A stretch of 64,000 bases of DNA from Phycisphaeraceae bacterium (GCA_963674705.1 OY771506.1:3648001-3712000), one strand, 5' to 3'. Counted from the first letter of the stretch, positions 1 to 10,739 are shown. Notes: generated from the sequence alone by a model not told the origin. A program made the numbers and translations.

Positions 1-153
1 CTGATCCTCATGGTCAACAACAAGACCATCGGCGCCGGCCAGGCGGTTAAGGTCGGTGAGAACTTCGGCGTCAAGATCACCAAGATCGACTCCGCCGTTG
101 AACGCATCAACGCCCTGGGCGGCGACGATGACGCCGCAGGCGAAGCCGCCTGA
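1..153 (+). CDS. fliN: Flagellar motor switch protein FliN/FliM C-terminal (SpoA) domain, 5'-truncated by window edge
   Basis: Frame 1 reads LILMVNNKTIGAGQAVKVGENFGVKITKI...* (TGA 151-153). This matches the FliN C-terminal pattern xVNxxxIxxGEVVxVxxxFGVRIxxI. Not in the ORF track. Confidence 0.75.
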   Translation: MILMVNNKTIGAGQAVKVGENFGVKITKIDSAVERINALGGDDDAAGEAA

Positions 154-239
154 TCCCCCAACTAATCAATATCCGCCCCCTGGCGAGGCTGCTTCAGCAG
201 TCGTGCTCTCACTTGGATATGAACCCCAGCGTAGTGCGA

Positions 240-824
240 TTAAACCCGCTTCACCTTGATCTGCATCCCGTCCGCGTTCACGACCCTCACACGCTCGCCG
301 ACTTCAATCAGCCCAGATACAGACAAACACTCCTGCCGCTTGCCATCCAGCAGGCACGTGCCGACCGGTCTAAGTTCGGTCAGTGATTTGCCCTCCGTGC
401 CGACCGCGATCTGTGATTCGTGCGTGGGAATCTCCCGCACCACTTGGCCGTCTGTTTCTAAATCATCTTCATCATCTTCGCTGCCAAGCATCATCGCCTT
501 AGCGATCGGCGTGCTGGGCCAGATCCACAATCCCAACGCAAACGCGAACGGCAACGCAAGCACCGAGACCACAATCCCGATGACCCCGTATGTCGTATCG
601 ATCCAGAACAGGCAAACGATCCCACCGATCAGACAAAGCGCCGCGGCAACACCAAGGATCCCGCCCGTCGGCACGAACAATTCCGCAAAAAACAAAACAA
701 CCGCCATCCCAAGCAGGATCAACGCCCACAACACGTGGTCGAATCCTATCCCGGACGCACCCCCCGCGCCGCCTGCCTGTGCAAGCATCGCCGAACCCAG
801 AATCGCGTAACCCAAATGTGCCAT
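240..824 (-). CDS. NfeD-family membrane protein (short NfeD, C-terminal OB-fold)
   Basis: Several hydrophobic helices with AELFVPTGGILG, then C-terminal VGTEGKSLTELRPVG...IEVGERVRVV typical of NfeD-C. Confidence 0.8.
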   Translation of the reverse strand: MAHLGYAILGSAMLAQAGGAGGASGIGFDHVLWALILLGMAVVLFFAELFVPTGGILGVAAALCLIGGIVCLFWIDTTYGVIGIVVSVLALPFAFALGLWIWPSTPIAKAMMLGSEDDEDDLETDGQVVREIPTHESQIAVGTEGKSLTELRPVGTCLLDGKRQECLSVSGLIEVGERVRVVNADGMQIKVKRV

Positions 825-876
825 AACCGTATTATCGTCGAAAATACACTTTCAACCAATAGATCTGACAAAAACG

Positions 877-1911
<1,035 letters not shown>

Positions 1912-1974
1912 CGTCGTCTCCCAAGTATGTAGCAGTAATAAACAATCCAGTCTGAGCCTACAGTGTCAGGCGCA

Positions 1975-3864
1975 TCAATCTTCTTGGCAAGCCCGCTCGG
2001 ATAACGCGAGCATGCGCTGTCGCAGATCGTCCGTGATCTGCCTTGCATCCCAAGCCGGATCAGGCGTGTAAGGCTCGCCGAAGATCACCACCGATCGGCT
2101 GGGTTTGAAGATGTGTACGAACATGCTGTTACTTAGCGCCGGGCCCGCGATCCAGACCGGCACAATCGTCGCGCCGCTGCGTTTGGCGATCATCCCGATC
2201 CCCGGCTCCATCGGCTGTAGCTGCCGCACCTTCCGCTGCAGCCCGCCCTCCGGGTAGATCCCCACGATCTCGCCTTGCTTTAAGACATCCACCACCTTGC
2301 GGATCTTCCCGATATCCCCGTTATCACGGTCCAGCGCGATCGGCTCGATCGCACGCCAGATCGGCGTCAGAAGCGCATGCTTGTATTGCGTCAGCATCAG
2401 CCAACGCACCATCCGGATCGATCCGCTCTGCATCAGGAGCGGGTCCGCCGCCGAGGTATGATTCGCCGCGAGGATCACAGGCCCTGCATGGGGGATCCTG
2501 TCACGCCCAACGATCCGCACGCGGTGCCACACCAGGCAAAACAGCCGATTCAACCGCCACGCCGCATTCGCGATCCGGTTCGGCATCGGGCCGTGTGACA
2601 GGTAGCGGATCAACCCGACAAGCCCGACCAGCGCCAGGATCACGCCTAACCCATACAACGCGTGCATGATGTTGTTATCCGAATCGGGCAACTGCCAGAT
2701 CATGAAGTAAATCAGCACGCTGAAGATCGTGTTGACCATCGAGTTGATGCCCATCACGCGACCGCGCATATAGTTCGGCGTGATCACCTGCAGCATCGTT
2801 TGCACATTAATAATCACCACACCACCGAACAATCCGATCAGGAATGCCGACGCGTAGGTGATCGGAAGCCACGGCACGCTGACAAACAGCAGCAAACATA
2901 ATCCCACGCAGAACAACCCGCCCAGCGACACAAGTGAGGATTCCTTGCGTGTGTTGATCGCAATAATCGCGGCCGACCCGGCAAGCATCCCAACGCCGAG
3001 CGTCGCATTGATCTGCGTGTACTGACGCATCAGGATGTTTTCTTCTAACGCGTAATGGCTCTTGACCACACCGATAATCGCGCTGGACACCGCCGCGGCC
3101 GATGCCCAGACCAATACGCCCAGCATGATCAGTGTGATCACGCGCATATGCTTGGAAACATACTTGCCCGCCTGCCAGAAACTGCGCGGCTCCGCGTCCG
3201 CCACGATCGGGTCACGTGTCGGCCTCAGGAACGCAAAGAACGTCCCCGACACCAGGTAGAACAACGCCCCCATCATCAAACCCATCCGAACACTCGACGC
3301 TTCATCTACCTTGATGATCCGTCCGCCGACCACGATCCCGATCATCGATGCGATGATGTTGATCACAAGGATCACCGCGTTGCCCGCCTGTAACTGCTTA
3401 AGCGGCACGATCTGCGGGATGATGGCGTTGCGCGTCGGATTAAAGATGGATGCGAACGTCCCGATCGCAAACAGTGCCGCACACACCTTCCAATGGTGAT
3501 CCGCCGGAATATCCGCCGGCCCCGTCGCCTGCGCCACCGCAAAGAACGACAGCAAAAGGATCAACCCACGGAATTCATCACAGCACAGCAGCAGCCACTT
3601 ACGCGGCAGATGATCCGCAAGCCATCCCGCCGGGATGCTGAACAGGATGTAAGGCAGAAAGAAATAAACCTGCGTCGACGCCTGGATCGCCGTGGAGTCA
3701 GATGTCCCCTTGACCATCCCCCCCAGCAGCGCCAGCGCCGCCAGCATGATCATCCGGTCCCCGAATCCGCTCGCCGCCGTGCTCGTCCACATCAGCGTAA
3801 AGCTGAGGTTACGCCAAAGCGGCCCGGGCCGAGAAGCAGCAGTAGTTGTCGGGGTCGTGCTCAT
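1975..3864 (-). CDS. MFS transporter (LplT-like) fused to a PlsC-type acyltransferase
   Basis: About 12 TM segments with GWLADHLPRK (MFS motif A). C-terminal domain has NHTSAAD (HxxxxD) and IYPEGG acyltransferase motifs. Confidence 0.85.
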   Translation of the reverse strand: MSTTPTTTAASRPGPLWRNLSFTLMWTSTAASGFGDRMIMLAALALLGGMVKGTSDSTAIQASTQVYFFLPYILFSIPAGWLADHLPRKWLLLCCDEFRGLILLLSFFAVAQATGPADIPADHHWKVCAALFAIGTFASIFNPTRNAIIPQIVPLKQLQAGNAVILVINIIASMIGIVVGGRIIKVDEASSVRMGLMMGALFYLVSGTFFAFLRPTRDPIVADAEPRSFWQAGKYVSKHMRVITLIMLGVLVWASAAAVSSAIIGVVKSHYALEENILMRQYTQINATLGVGMLAGSAAIIAINTRKESSLVSLGGLFCVGLCLLLFVSVPWLPITYASAFLIGLFGGVVIINVQTMLQVITPNYMRGRVMGINSMVNTIFSVLIYFMIWQLPDSDNNIMHALYGLGVILALVGLVGLIRYLSHGPMPNRIANAAWRLNRLFCLVWHRVRIVGRDRIPHAGPVILAANHTSAADPLLMQSGSIRMVRWLMLTQYKHALLTPIWRAIEPIALDRDNGDIGKIRKVVDVLKQGEIVGIYPEGGLQRKVRQLQPMEPGIGMIAKRSGATIVPVWIAGPALSNSMFVHIFKPSRSVVIFGEPYTPDPAWDARQITDDLRQRMLALSERACQED

Positions 3865-3978
3865 GCATCCAGTCCGTTAGCGACACCAGAACGCCGGGTA
3901 GTGTACCGGATGATGGCCATTCGCAAGGGATGGGTGGATATCGCGGCGGATAAAGCGAAATAAGACGATATGATCGCC

Positions 3979-4127
3979 AGCCGTTAGCCGTTAGCCGTTA
4001 GCCGTTAGCCGTTAGCACAGATTGAACATCCAACATCCAACATCCAACCCACCCGCTCCTTCGCTGCGATCAGGACCGGCGTTGGGGATCGAGATATTAA
4101 CGATTAACGATCAGCAATTAGCGATTT
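3979..4127. repeat. Cluster of three 7-bp tandem repeat tracts
   Basis: (AGCCGTT)x5 at 3979-4013; (AACATCC)x3 at 4025-4045; degenerate ATTAACG-ATTAACG-ATCAGCA-ATTAGCG at 4096-4123. Confidence 0.9.
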
Positions 4128-4136
4128 ACATCGCTA

Positions 4137-4946
4137 CTACCGCTTATCACGCTCAATGAACGCGTATGCGTTGTGATTGTGAATAGACTCATAGTTCGTG
4201 CTGTTCAACTGATACCAGCAGATGCGGTCCTCAGCGTTCAGCGCCAAGGCCAGGTCGCGCACGATGTCTTCGACGAACTTCGGATTATCGAATGCCGCTT
4301 CGGTCACGTACTTCTCATCCGGCCGTTTGAGCACCGCGAAGACCTGCGTGCTCGCTGCTTGCTCGCAGATATCGAATAACTCCTCGATCCACATCATCTT
4401 GCCCGGCACGAAACGGACGTTGACCTCGATCTCGCACCGCTGGTTATGAGCCCCGTATTTGGAGATTTCCTTTGAGCAGGGGCACAGACTCGTGGCCGGG
4501 ACCTTGATGCCCAGTACCAGGTCGTCTTTCGAGTTGCTCGAACAGGCAAGCGACACCTCGATGTCGATCTTGCCGACCTGCCCGCTGACCGGGGCCTTCT
4601 TGTCGATGAAGTAGGGGAAGCTCAGCTCAAGGTGGGCTTCTTCCGCCTCGAGTTTGTCCTTCATGTCGTGGCAGATCGACAGCACCTTGTTGGACTGGAT
4701 CGATTCGTGGTGGCTGTTGAGCACCTCCAAGAACCGGCTCATGTGCGTGCCCTTCTGGTGGTGGGGCAAACCCACATACATGTTCACCTGGGCGACGGTG
4801 CTCTGCGTCCCGCCCGTGGCCGGGCAGTGGAGCGTGATCGGGTAACGGATATCCTTCACGCCGACCTTGTCGATGGCGATATTCCGGGAATCCTGGCTGC
4901 CTTGTACGTCGGGCATGCCTCTGCTAACGGGGTTTTCTACGGGCAT
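4137..4946 (-). CDS. folE2: GTP cyclohydrolase I type IB (FolE2)
   Basis: IDKVGVKDIRYP, KGTHMSRF, TSLCPCSKEISKYGAHNQR, NPKFVEDIVRD, ESIHNHNAYA. Confidence 0.95.
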   Translation of the reverse strand: MPVENPVSRGMPDVQGSQDSRNIAIDKVGVKDIRYPITLHCPATGGTQSTVAQVNMYVGLPHHQKGTHMSRFLEVLNSHHESIQSNKVLSICHDMKDKLEAEEAHLELSFPYFIDKKAPVSGQVGKIDIEVSLACSSNSKDDLVLGIKVPATSLCPCSKEISKYGAHNQRCEIEVNVRFVPGKMMWIEELFDICEQAASTQVFAVLKRPDEKYVTEAAFDNPKFVEDIVRDLALALNAEDRICWYQLNSTNYESIHNHNAYAFIERDKR

Positions 4947-5139
4947 GATCTATCCTGAGGGAAGGTGTGTAACACCCTTATTTGGCCAATACTAGGCACA
5001 CGATCCCCAACTGGCAATCCGATGCCCCTCACGATCTTAAAAACGCCTTTTTCACCAATCGCCCCCTGACTTCCACAACCCACCAGATACGATACACTTG
5101 GATCAACCAGACCCCGGACCCGGAACCCAGACCCCGACC

Positions 5140-5550
5140 ATGGCCAGCCGAAAACCTCCCAGCCAGCCCAGCGGACTCGTCGGCGTCGTCGTCGACCACG
5201 CGGTCTACCGCAGCTTCAGCCAGTTCGCCCAGACGCAGGCGTGGAATCCCGCGGTCAATATCTACCAGGTCGGCCGCGTCCTGCACGTCTGCGTCGATCT
5301 GGCCGGCGTCGACCGTGACAAGATCAATGTCCGCGTCGAGCAGGGCAGGCTTACCGTCAGCGGCGTCCGACACGCCCCCGAACCCCGTCAGCCCGACGGG
5401 TCGCTGCACATTGAAATGAAAATCCACAGTATGGAAATCGACTACGGCTCGTTCAGCCGCATCGTCCAGATCCCTACACACGTCGATCTGGACGGCGTCA
5501 AAAGCGAATACCGCCAGGGCATCCTCTGGATTACCCTCCCGCTGAATTAG
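5140..5550 (+). CDS. Hsp20/alpha-crystallin family small heat-shock protein
   Basis: WNPAVNIY...VDLAGV...LTVSGVR...EIDYGSFSRIVQIP...YRQGILWITLP. Lies directly upstream of lon. Start uncertain (TTG 5098 or ATG 5140). Confidence 0.85.
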   Translation: MASRKPPSQPSGLVGVVVDHAVYRSFSQFAQTQAWNPAVNIYQVGRVLHVCVDLAGVDRDKINVRVEQGRLTVSGVRHAPEPRQPDGSLHIEMKIHSMEIDYGSFSRIVQIPTHVDLDGVKSEYRQGILWITLPLN

Positions 5551-5605
5551 CCGCCGCAACGTTACAACGAATCCAAATAATACAAGCGCACACCAGGCGA
5601 AGACC

Positions 5606-8098
5606 TTGAGCAAGAAGACAACGAAAAAGAAGTCCGTAGCAAAACGTTCACGTAAGAAGTCTCCAGCAGTAGGGGATACCGGGGATTCCGGAGGTCCCAA
5701 GCAAATCGGGGCAACTGTTACGCTAGATTCATCGAACCTGATCCCGGATAACAGCCGCGCCGCCATCCCTGAAGTCCTGCCGGTCCTGCCCGTGCGCGGC
5801 AGCGTCATGTTCCCCGGCACGATCGTGCCGCTGGGTGTCGGCCGCCCGTCCAGCAGAAAAATGCTCGATGAGTCGCTGCCCAAGTCTAAGATCATCGCGC
5901 TGTTCAGTCAGAAGGATGAAGAGGTCGAAAACCCGACCATCGACGACCTGCATCACGTCGGCACCGCCGCGATGGTCCTCAAACTAATCCGCCAGACCGA
6001 CGATACCGTTTCCGTCATCGTCCACGGCATCGGGCGCATCACACTCGATGAAGTCGTGCAGTCCAAGCCTTACTTCAAAGCCCGTGTCAGCGGGCCGACC
6101 GAAAAGCCCGGTTCGGGTAAGAAGTTTGAGGCAGAAGTCAGCCAACTGCGCGACCAGGCACACAACCTGATCGAGCTGTCTCCCAACGCTCCCGAGCAGG
6201 CGTTGACGGTCATGATGAATATCGAAGACCCCGGAGCGCTTGCCGACTTCCTCGGCGCGAACCTGGCGCTCGATGTCGAACAGAAGCAGGACCTGCTCGA
6301 AGAATACAACGTCGCCAAGCGCGTCCGCATGGTCCACGTACACCTGTCAAGCCAACTGGAAATCCTCAAGCTCCAGGAAAAGATCCAGCAGGATGTGCAG
6401 TCTTCCATCGGCGACACGCAACGCAGGTTCTACCTCCGCGAGCAGATCAAGGCGATCCAGAAGGAACTCGGCGAAGACGACTCCGGCATCGACCAGACCG
6501 TCGAGAAACTCGCCGAACGTCTGGAAGACGCCGACCCGCCCGAAAAGGTGATGGCCGAAGCGCAGCGCGAACTCGACCGCCTGCGTTCCATCCCGCCTGC
6601 CAGCCCCGAGTATTCGGTCATCATGACCTACCTCGAGCTGATCGCCGACCTGCCATGGGTTAAAGCCAGCGAGGACAACCTCGACCTCGACCGCGCACGA
6701 AAGATCCTCGACCGCGACCACTTCGACCTCGACAAGGTCAAGCGGCGCCTGATCGAGTATCTCGCGGTTCGCAAACTCAATCCGGAAGGGCGGGGGCCCA
6801 TCCTCTGCCTCGTCGGCCCGCCCGGCGTCGGCAAGACAAGCCTCGGCCAGTCCATCGCCGACAGTCTCGGTAGAGAGTTCTCACGCATCAGCCTCGGCGG
6901 TATACGCGATGAAGCGGAAGTGCGCGGCCACCGGCGAACCTACATCGGCGCCATGCCGGGACGCATCATCCAGGAACTGCGCCGCGCAGGTACGAACAAT
7001 CCTGTCATGATGCTCGACGAGGTCGACAAACTCGGTGCAGATGTACGCGGCGATCCATCCAGCGCACTACTGGAAGTACTCGACCCACGACAGAACCACG
7101 CTTTTGTCGATCGGTATCTCGATGTGCCTTTCGACCTGTCGCAGGTCATCTTCATTGCGACCGCGAACTACATCGGCAACGTCCCGCCGGCGCTACGCGA
7201 CCGCATGGAAATCATCGAGATCCCCGGCTACACCGACAACGATAAACTCATCATCGCACGCAAATACCTCGTGCCCCGCCAGCTTGAAGAGAACGGCCTG
7301 ACACGCACGAAGTGCAAATGGCTCGCCTCGGGTATCAAGAAGGTGATCGAAAGCTACACACGTGAAGCAGGTGTTCGCGAACTGGAGCGGCAGATCGGTT
7401 CTGTCTGCCGCGGTGTGGCCGCACAGGTCGCCGGCGCTGACAACGGCCGCAAACGCCGCAAAGCCGCGACCGTCGATGACAAGTTTGTACGCGAGATACT
7501 CGGCGCTGAAAAATACGTGCGCGACCTCGATACACGCACGACCACGCCCGGCGTCGCGCTCGGCCTGGCATATACCCCCGTCGGTGGCGAGGTCCTTTTC
7601 ATCGAAGCCACCCAATACCCCGGCAAGGGCAACGTCACACTCACCGGCCAGATCGGCGACGTCATGAAAGAATCCGCCAGCGCCGCGTTATCGCTATTCA
7701 AGAGTAGAGCCGAATCGCTGGGCTACGATGTGAAGAAACTCGCAGAACACGACCTGCACATACACGTTCCCGCCGGCGCTGTGCCCAAGGACGGTCCGAG
7801 CGCAGGCACAGCGATGTTCACCGCCATCAGTTCGCTATTGCTCAACCGCCCGGTGACCAAGAACCTCGCCATGACGGGCGAGATCACCCTCCGCGGTAAG
7901 GTCCTGCCCATCGGCGGCGTCAAGGAAAAAACCCTCGCCGCCGCACGTGCCGGTGTCAAGACCATCCTCCTGCCAAAACAAAACGAGCCGGACATGGAAG
8001 AGATCGACGCACAGGTTAAGAAAAAATGCAAGTTCCACTTCGTCGAAACCGTCGACGATGTCCTCAAACACGCGCTAACGAAGAAAATGAAGAAGTAA
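5606..8098 (+). CDS. lon: ATP-dependent endopeptidase La (Lon)
   Basis: LON N-domain, Walker A GPPGVGKT, RGHRRTYIGAMPG, LDEVDK, catalytic PKDGPSAG and PIGGVKEK. Confidence 0.97.
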   Translation: MSKKTTKKKSVAKRSRKKSPAVGDTGDSGGPKQIGATVTLDSSNLIPDNSRAAIPEVLPVLPVRGSVMFPGTIVPLGVGRPSSRKMLDESLPKSKIIALFSQKDEEVENPTIDDLHHVGTAAMVLKLIRQTDDTVSVIVHGIGRITLDEVVQSKPYFKARVSGPTEKPGSGKKFEAEVSQLRDQAHNLIELSPNAPEQALTVMMNIEDPGALADFLGANLALDVEQKQDLLEEYNVAKRVRMVHVHLSSQLEILKLQEKIQQDVQSSIGDTQRRFYLREQIKAIQKELGEDDSGIDQTVEKLAERLEDADPPEKVMAEAQRELDRLRSIPPASPEYSVIMTYLELIADLPWVKASEDNLDLDRARKILDRDHFDLDKVKRRLIEYLAVRKLNPEGRGPILCLVGPPGVGKTSLGQSIADSLGREFSRISLGGIRDEAEVRGHRRTYIGAMPGRIIQELRRAGTNNPVMMLDEVDKLGADVRGDPSSALLEVLDPRQNHAFVDRYLDVPFDLSQVIFIATANYIGNVPPALRDRMEIIEIPGYTDNDKLIIARKYLVPRQLEENGLTRTKCKWLASGIKKVIESYTREAGVRELERQIGSVCRGVAAQVAGADNGRKRRKAATVDDKFVREILGAEKYVRDLDTRTTTPGVALGLAYTPVGGEVLFIEATQYPGKGNVTLTGQIGDVMKESASAALSLFKSRAESLGYDVKKLAEHDLHIHVPAGAVPKDGPSAGTAMFTAISSLLLNRPVTKNLAMTGEITLRGKVLPIGGVKEKTLAAARAGVKTILLPKQNEPDMEEIDAQVKKKCKFHFVETVDDVLKHALTKKMKK

Positions 8099-8267
8099 CC
8101 ACAGAGATCACAAAGAGAACAAAGAAGATTAGCAGGGATGGACACGGATAAACACAGATGAAGATGTTATGAATTTCAATTTGTATAACCATAAATTCTT
8201 ATCCGTGTTCATCTGTGTCCATCCCTTTTACAACCTCTTCTCCGTGATCTCTGTGTACTCTGTGGTT
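8097..8267. repeat. Nested inverted-repeat (hairpin) element of about 170 bp
   Basis: Outer arms AACCACAGAG (8097-8106) / CTCTGTGGTT (8258-8267). Inner arms AGGGATGGACACGGATAAACACAGAT (from 8134) / ATCCGTGTTCATCTGTGTCCATCCCT (to 8226). Confidence 0.8.
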
Positions 8268-8286
8268 CATCAAGCAAGGATGTGAA

Positions 8287-8826
8287 ATGAAACTCTACAC
8301 CCGACGCGGCGACAACGGCGAAACCGACCTGCTTACCGGCAACCGCACGCCCAAGGCCGATCCACGCGTCCACGCCATAGGTGAAGTCGACGAAACCAAC
8401 GCCGTCATCGGCCTCGCGCTGTGCGCCTGCGAGCCGGGTGAACTCAACGACATCCTCACCGAAGCTCAGTCCCGCCTGTTCGATCTTGGCGCAGACCTCG
8501 CCTCCGCTAATTCCGGGATTTCTCACCGCATTACGCAGTCGCAGATCGACGTGATCGAAAAACACATCGACAACATCTGCGCAAAACTGCCCGAGATGAA
8601 ACACTTCATCCTCCCCGGCGGCACCGAACTCGCCGCTCGTCTGCACCTCGCCCGCACCACCTGCCGTCGCGCCGAACGCGCCTGCGTCGCCATCAAGGAA
8701 CCCAACCCCAACACGCACGACGCCATCGTCTACTTAAACCGCCTCAGCGATCTGCTCTTCGCCCTCGCAAGACTCGCCAACCAGCAAGCTAACGTCAAAG
8801 ACATCCCATGGACCGGCACGCAATAA
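8287..8826 (+). CDS. Cob(I)alamin adenosyltransferase, PduO/MMAB type
   Basis: MKLYTRRGDNGETDL, GEVDETN, LFDLGADLA, FILPGG, RTTCRRAER, YLNRLSDLLF. Confidence 0.93.
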   Translation: MKLYTRRGDNGETDLLTGNRTPKADPRVHAIGEVDETNAVIGLALCACEPGELNDILTEAQSRLFDLGADLASANSGISHRITQSQIDVIEKHIDNICAKLPEMKHFILPGGTELAARLHLARTTCRRAERACVAIKEPNPNTHDAIVYLNRLSDLLFALARLANQQANVKDIPWTGTQ

Positions 8827-8849
8827 CTTGACTCAATACTTGAACCCCC

Positions 8850-8946
8850 CAGGCGAGCACGCTTCACCACGCGGACCTACCCATCTCCAGGCGAGCGTGC
8901 TTCAGCATGCGGCCCACCCACACACCGCAACAAGCCGTGCTTCACC
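8850..8946. repeat. Tandem copies of a short palindrome family (GCGTGCTTCAGCACGC core)
   Basis: Copies at about 8850-8877 and 8888-8915, partial at about 8933-8946. Relatives at 183-204, 10696-10718 and 51257-51284 (27/28 identical to 8888-8915). Confidence 0.75.
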
Positions 8947-9577
8947 AATGTGAAACGTAGTACCAGTTAGTGTCGTACTTGACCAGTTCAGTGCTGTCCG
9001 ACTCACTCAAATCGTAGAACAACTTCGGATCACCATTCTCTGGGACATAGAGGAAGCCTGCATAATTGTCGAGGATACCCCGGAAGGTAAAAAAGAGAAT
9101 GTAAGTATCCCCCTCATGTTTCTCGACAATGACTTCGTTCCCTCCCATGGAGACTGCCGGAGTATCCAGCCCGAGTTTGACAAGGCTGTGTGAACTTGAC
9201 TTATCCGGTTGAAGTGTACCGGTGAGGATATCCTGCACGATCTGTTCTCTTACCGTTCTATGGCTCGAGAAGTTATACATCAGCCATAGCGATGTAAATG
9301 GAATGGTTGTCACCGCAACAATAGCGGTCACACATATCAGTAGTGGGATCACATCTCGCCACTTTGCATTACGTCTGAATACGACGTAAAGAATCGACCA
9401 CACCATCGCAGACAGAAATACAAGCCCCACCAGGGCCTGAAGCAATAAAAGAGGATATAAGCCAATAAGGTCTACTAGAGTCCAACGAAGTGCGGTCAAT
9501 AGCAACACCGCCACGGACGACAGGGTAGCGGTCCACAAAACATCGGGTCTTAATTTACCAGCGTCTTCTTCACTCAT
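8942..9577 (-). CDS. Hypothetical membrane protein (3 N-terminal TM helices plus soluble domain)
   Basis: 211-aa ORF with hydrophobic N-half, visibly AT-richer than neighbours. No recognised motif. Confidence 0.7.
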   Translation of the reverse strand: MSEEDAGKLRPDVLWTATLSSVAVLLLTALRWTLVDLIGLYPLLLLQALVGLVFLSAMVWSILYVVFRRNAKWRDVIPLLICVTAIVAVTTIPFTSLWLMYNFSSHRTVREQIVQDILTGTLQPDKSSSHSLVKLGLDTPAVSMGGNEVIVEKHEGDTYILFFTFRGILDNYAGFLYVPENGDPKLFYDLSESDSTELVKYDTNWYYVSHW

Positions 9578-9691
9578 GTTGCCTGCCTGCTTGATCGGCA
9601 GAAAGGCGGTAGAAACTCAAACGTAACACGTTTAAGAAAGAGCCGATGCCTTTGTCATGTTCTGTACAAGCAGGGGATAACACCGAGGGAT

Positions 9692-10531
9692 TTACGAAAG
9701 CAACTCCATCAGCTTCTCCTGAGAATGCGCCAAAATGTTCAGCGACTTGAACAGGGTTTTCTCATAAATCGTCTCGCGATTGAGTTTGGTCATCTCCATC
9801 GCAAAATCCGTGTCCGCGATCTCCGAACGAGCCGCTGCAAGATTCTCGATCGCGATGCTGCTTGCATTTTTCAGTGAATCGATCGAGTTTGATTCAAACG
9901 CCCCGATCTTCCCACGCAGCGTCGAGATATCGTTGATGGCTTTATCCAGGATTTGGGTGGACGATAACGGGATGTCCGCCGCCGCACCCTTGGACGCGGT
10001 GTCATCCAGGTAGTACGTCGTCCCGTCGATATCCGTGGCCCCCAAACTGCTTGAGGATAAATCCGGCAGGTCGAGCGTCTCGCCGCCGGCAGATAGCGTG
10101 ATCGAACCATCGAATAACGCCTGGCCGTTGAACCGGGCGTTGGCGGTGATCCGGTCGATCGACTGGATATTCGCATCGATCTGCTGCTGGATCGCCGCCC
10201 GCTCATCAGCACTCATGGCCCCGGTGTTGGCAAGCTGAGTCTTAAGCCCCTGGTTTTCACGCAGCCGCGCCGACACCTCATCCAATGACGCCTCGGCCGC
10301 GGCGGCAATATAATGATTACGCTGATACGCCCGGCTCTCCGCTTCGAGTTCCGCCAGCGCCGCATCGAGCTGGGTCGAAATGATCAGTCCAGCCGGATCG
10401 TCCGCACCACGATTAATCGACCGCCCGGTCGACAACCGAGCCAACGACTCGTTCAATCGGGCCTGATTAGCCTGGAACCGATGCAGAGTATGCATCATCC
10501 CGCTGTTGATGTTATTGGTAAATCCCGCCAC
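9692..10531 (-). CDS. Short flagellin-family protein
   Basis: SLARLSTGRSINRGADDPAGL (N-terminal), NARFNGQALFDG, LRGKIGAFE...ENLAAARSEIADTDFAMEMT (C-terminal). Start set to GTG 10531 with AAGGGA upstream, rather than the track's 10723. Confidence 0.85.
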   Translation of the reverse strand: MAGFTNNINSGMMHTLHRFQANQARLNESLARLSTGRSINRGADDPAGLIISTQLDAALAELEAESRAYQRNHYIAAAAEASLDEVSARLRENQGLKTQLANTGAMSADERAAIQQQIDANIQSIDRITANARFNGQALFDGSITLSAGGETLDLPDLSSSSLGATDIDGTTYYLDDTASKGAAADIPLSSTQILDKAINDISTLRGKIGAFESNSIDSLKNASSIAIENLAAARSEIADTDFAMEMTKLNRETIYEKTLFKSLNILAHSQEKLMELLS

Positions 10532-10739
10532 AAGGCATCCCTTTTTGGAGACACGTTCGTCACGGCAATTGACCGATACATCCGCCCGCCGGGCCAATTC
10601 AGCCCGAGAATATCCCCGCTTTTGATCCCGAAAAACCCCCGACCCGGCATAACCCGACCAGCTTAACAACCAGCCCAAATATCCCCCCAGCGGCAAGGCG
10701 TGCTTCAGCACGCCGGCCCACACTTGCTCAATGCTACAT

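Noticed and set aside
5029..5895. 288-aa minus-strand ORF and other long antisense ORFs (e.g. 24014-24922, 20189-21046, 48706-49518)
   Set aside because: Shadow frames opposite well-supported genes, expected in GC-rich DNA, with no motifs.
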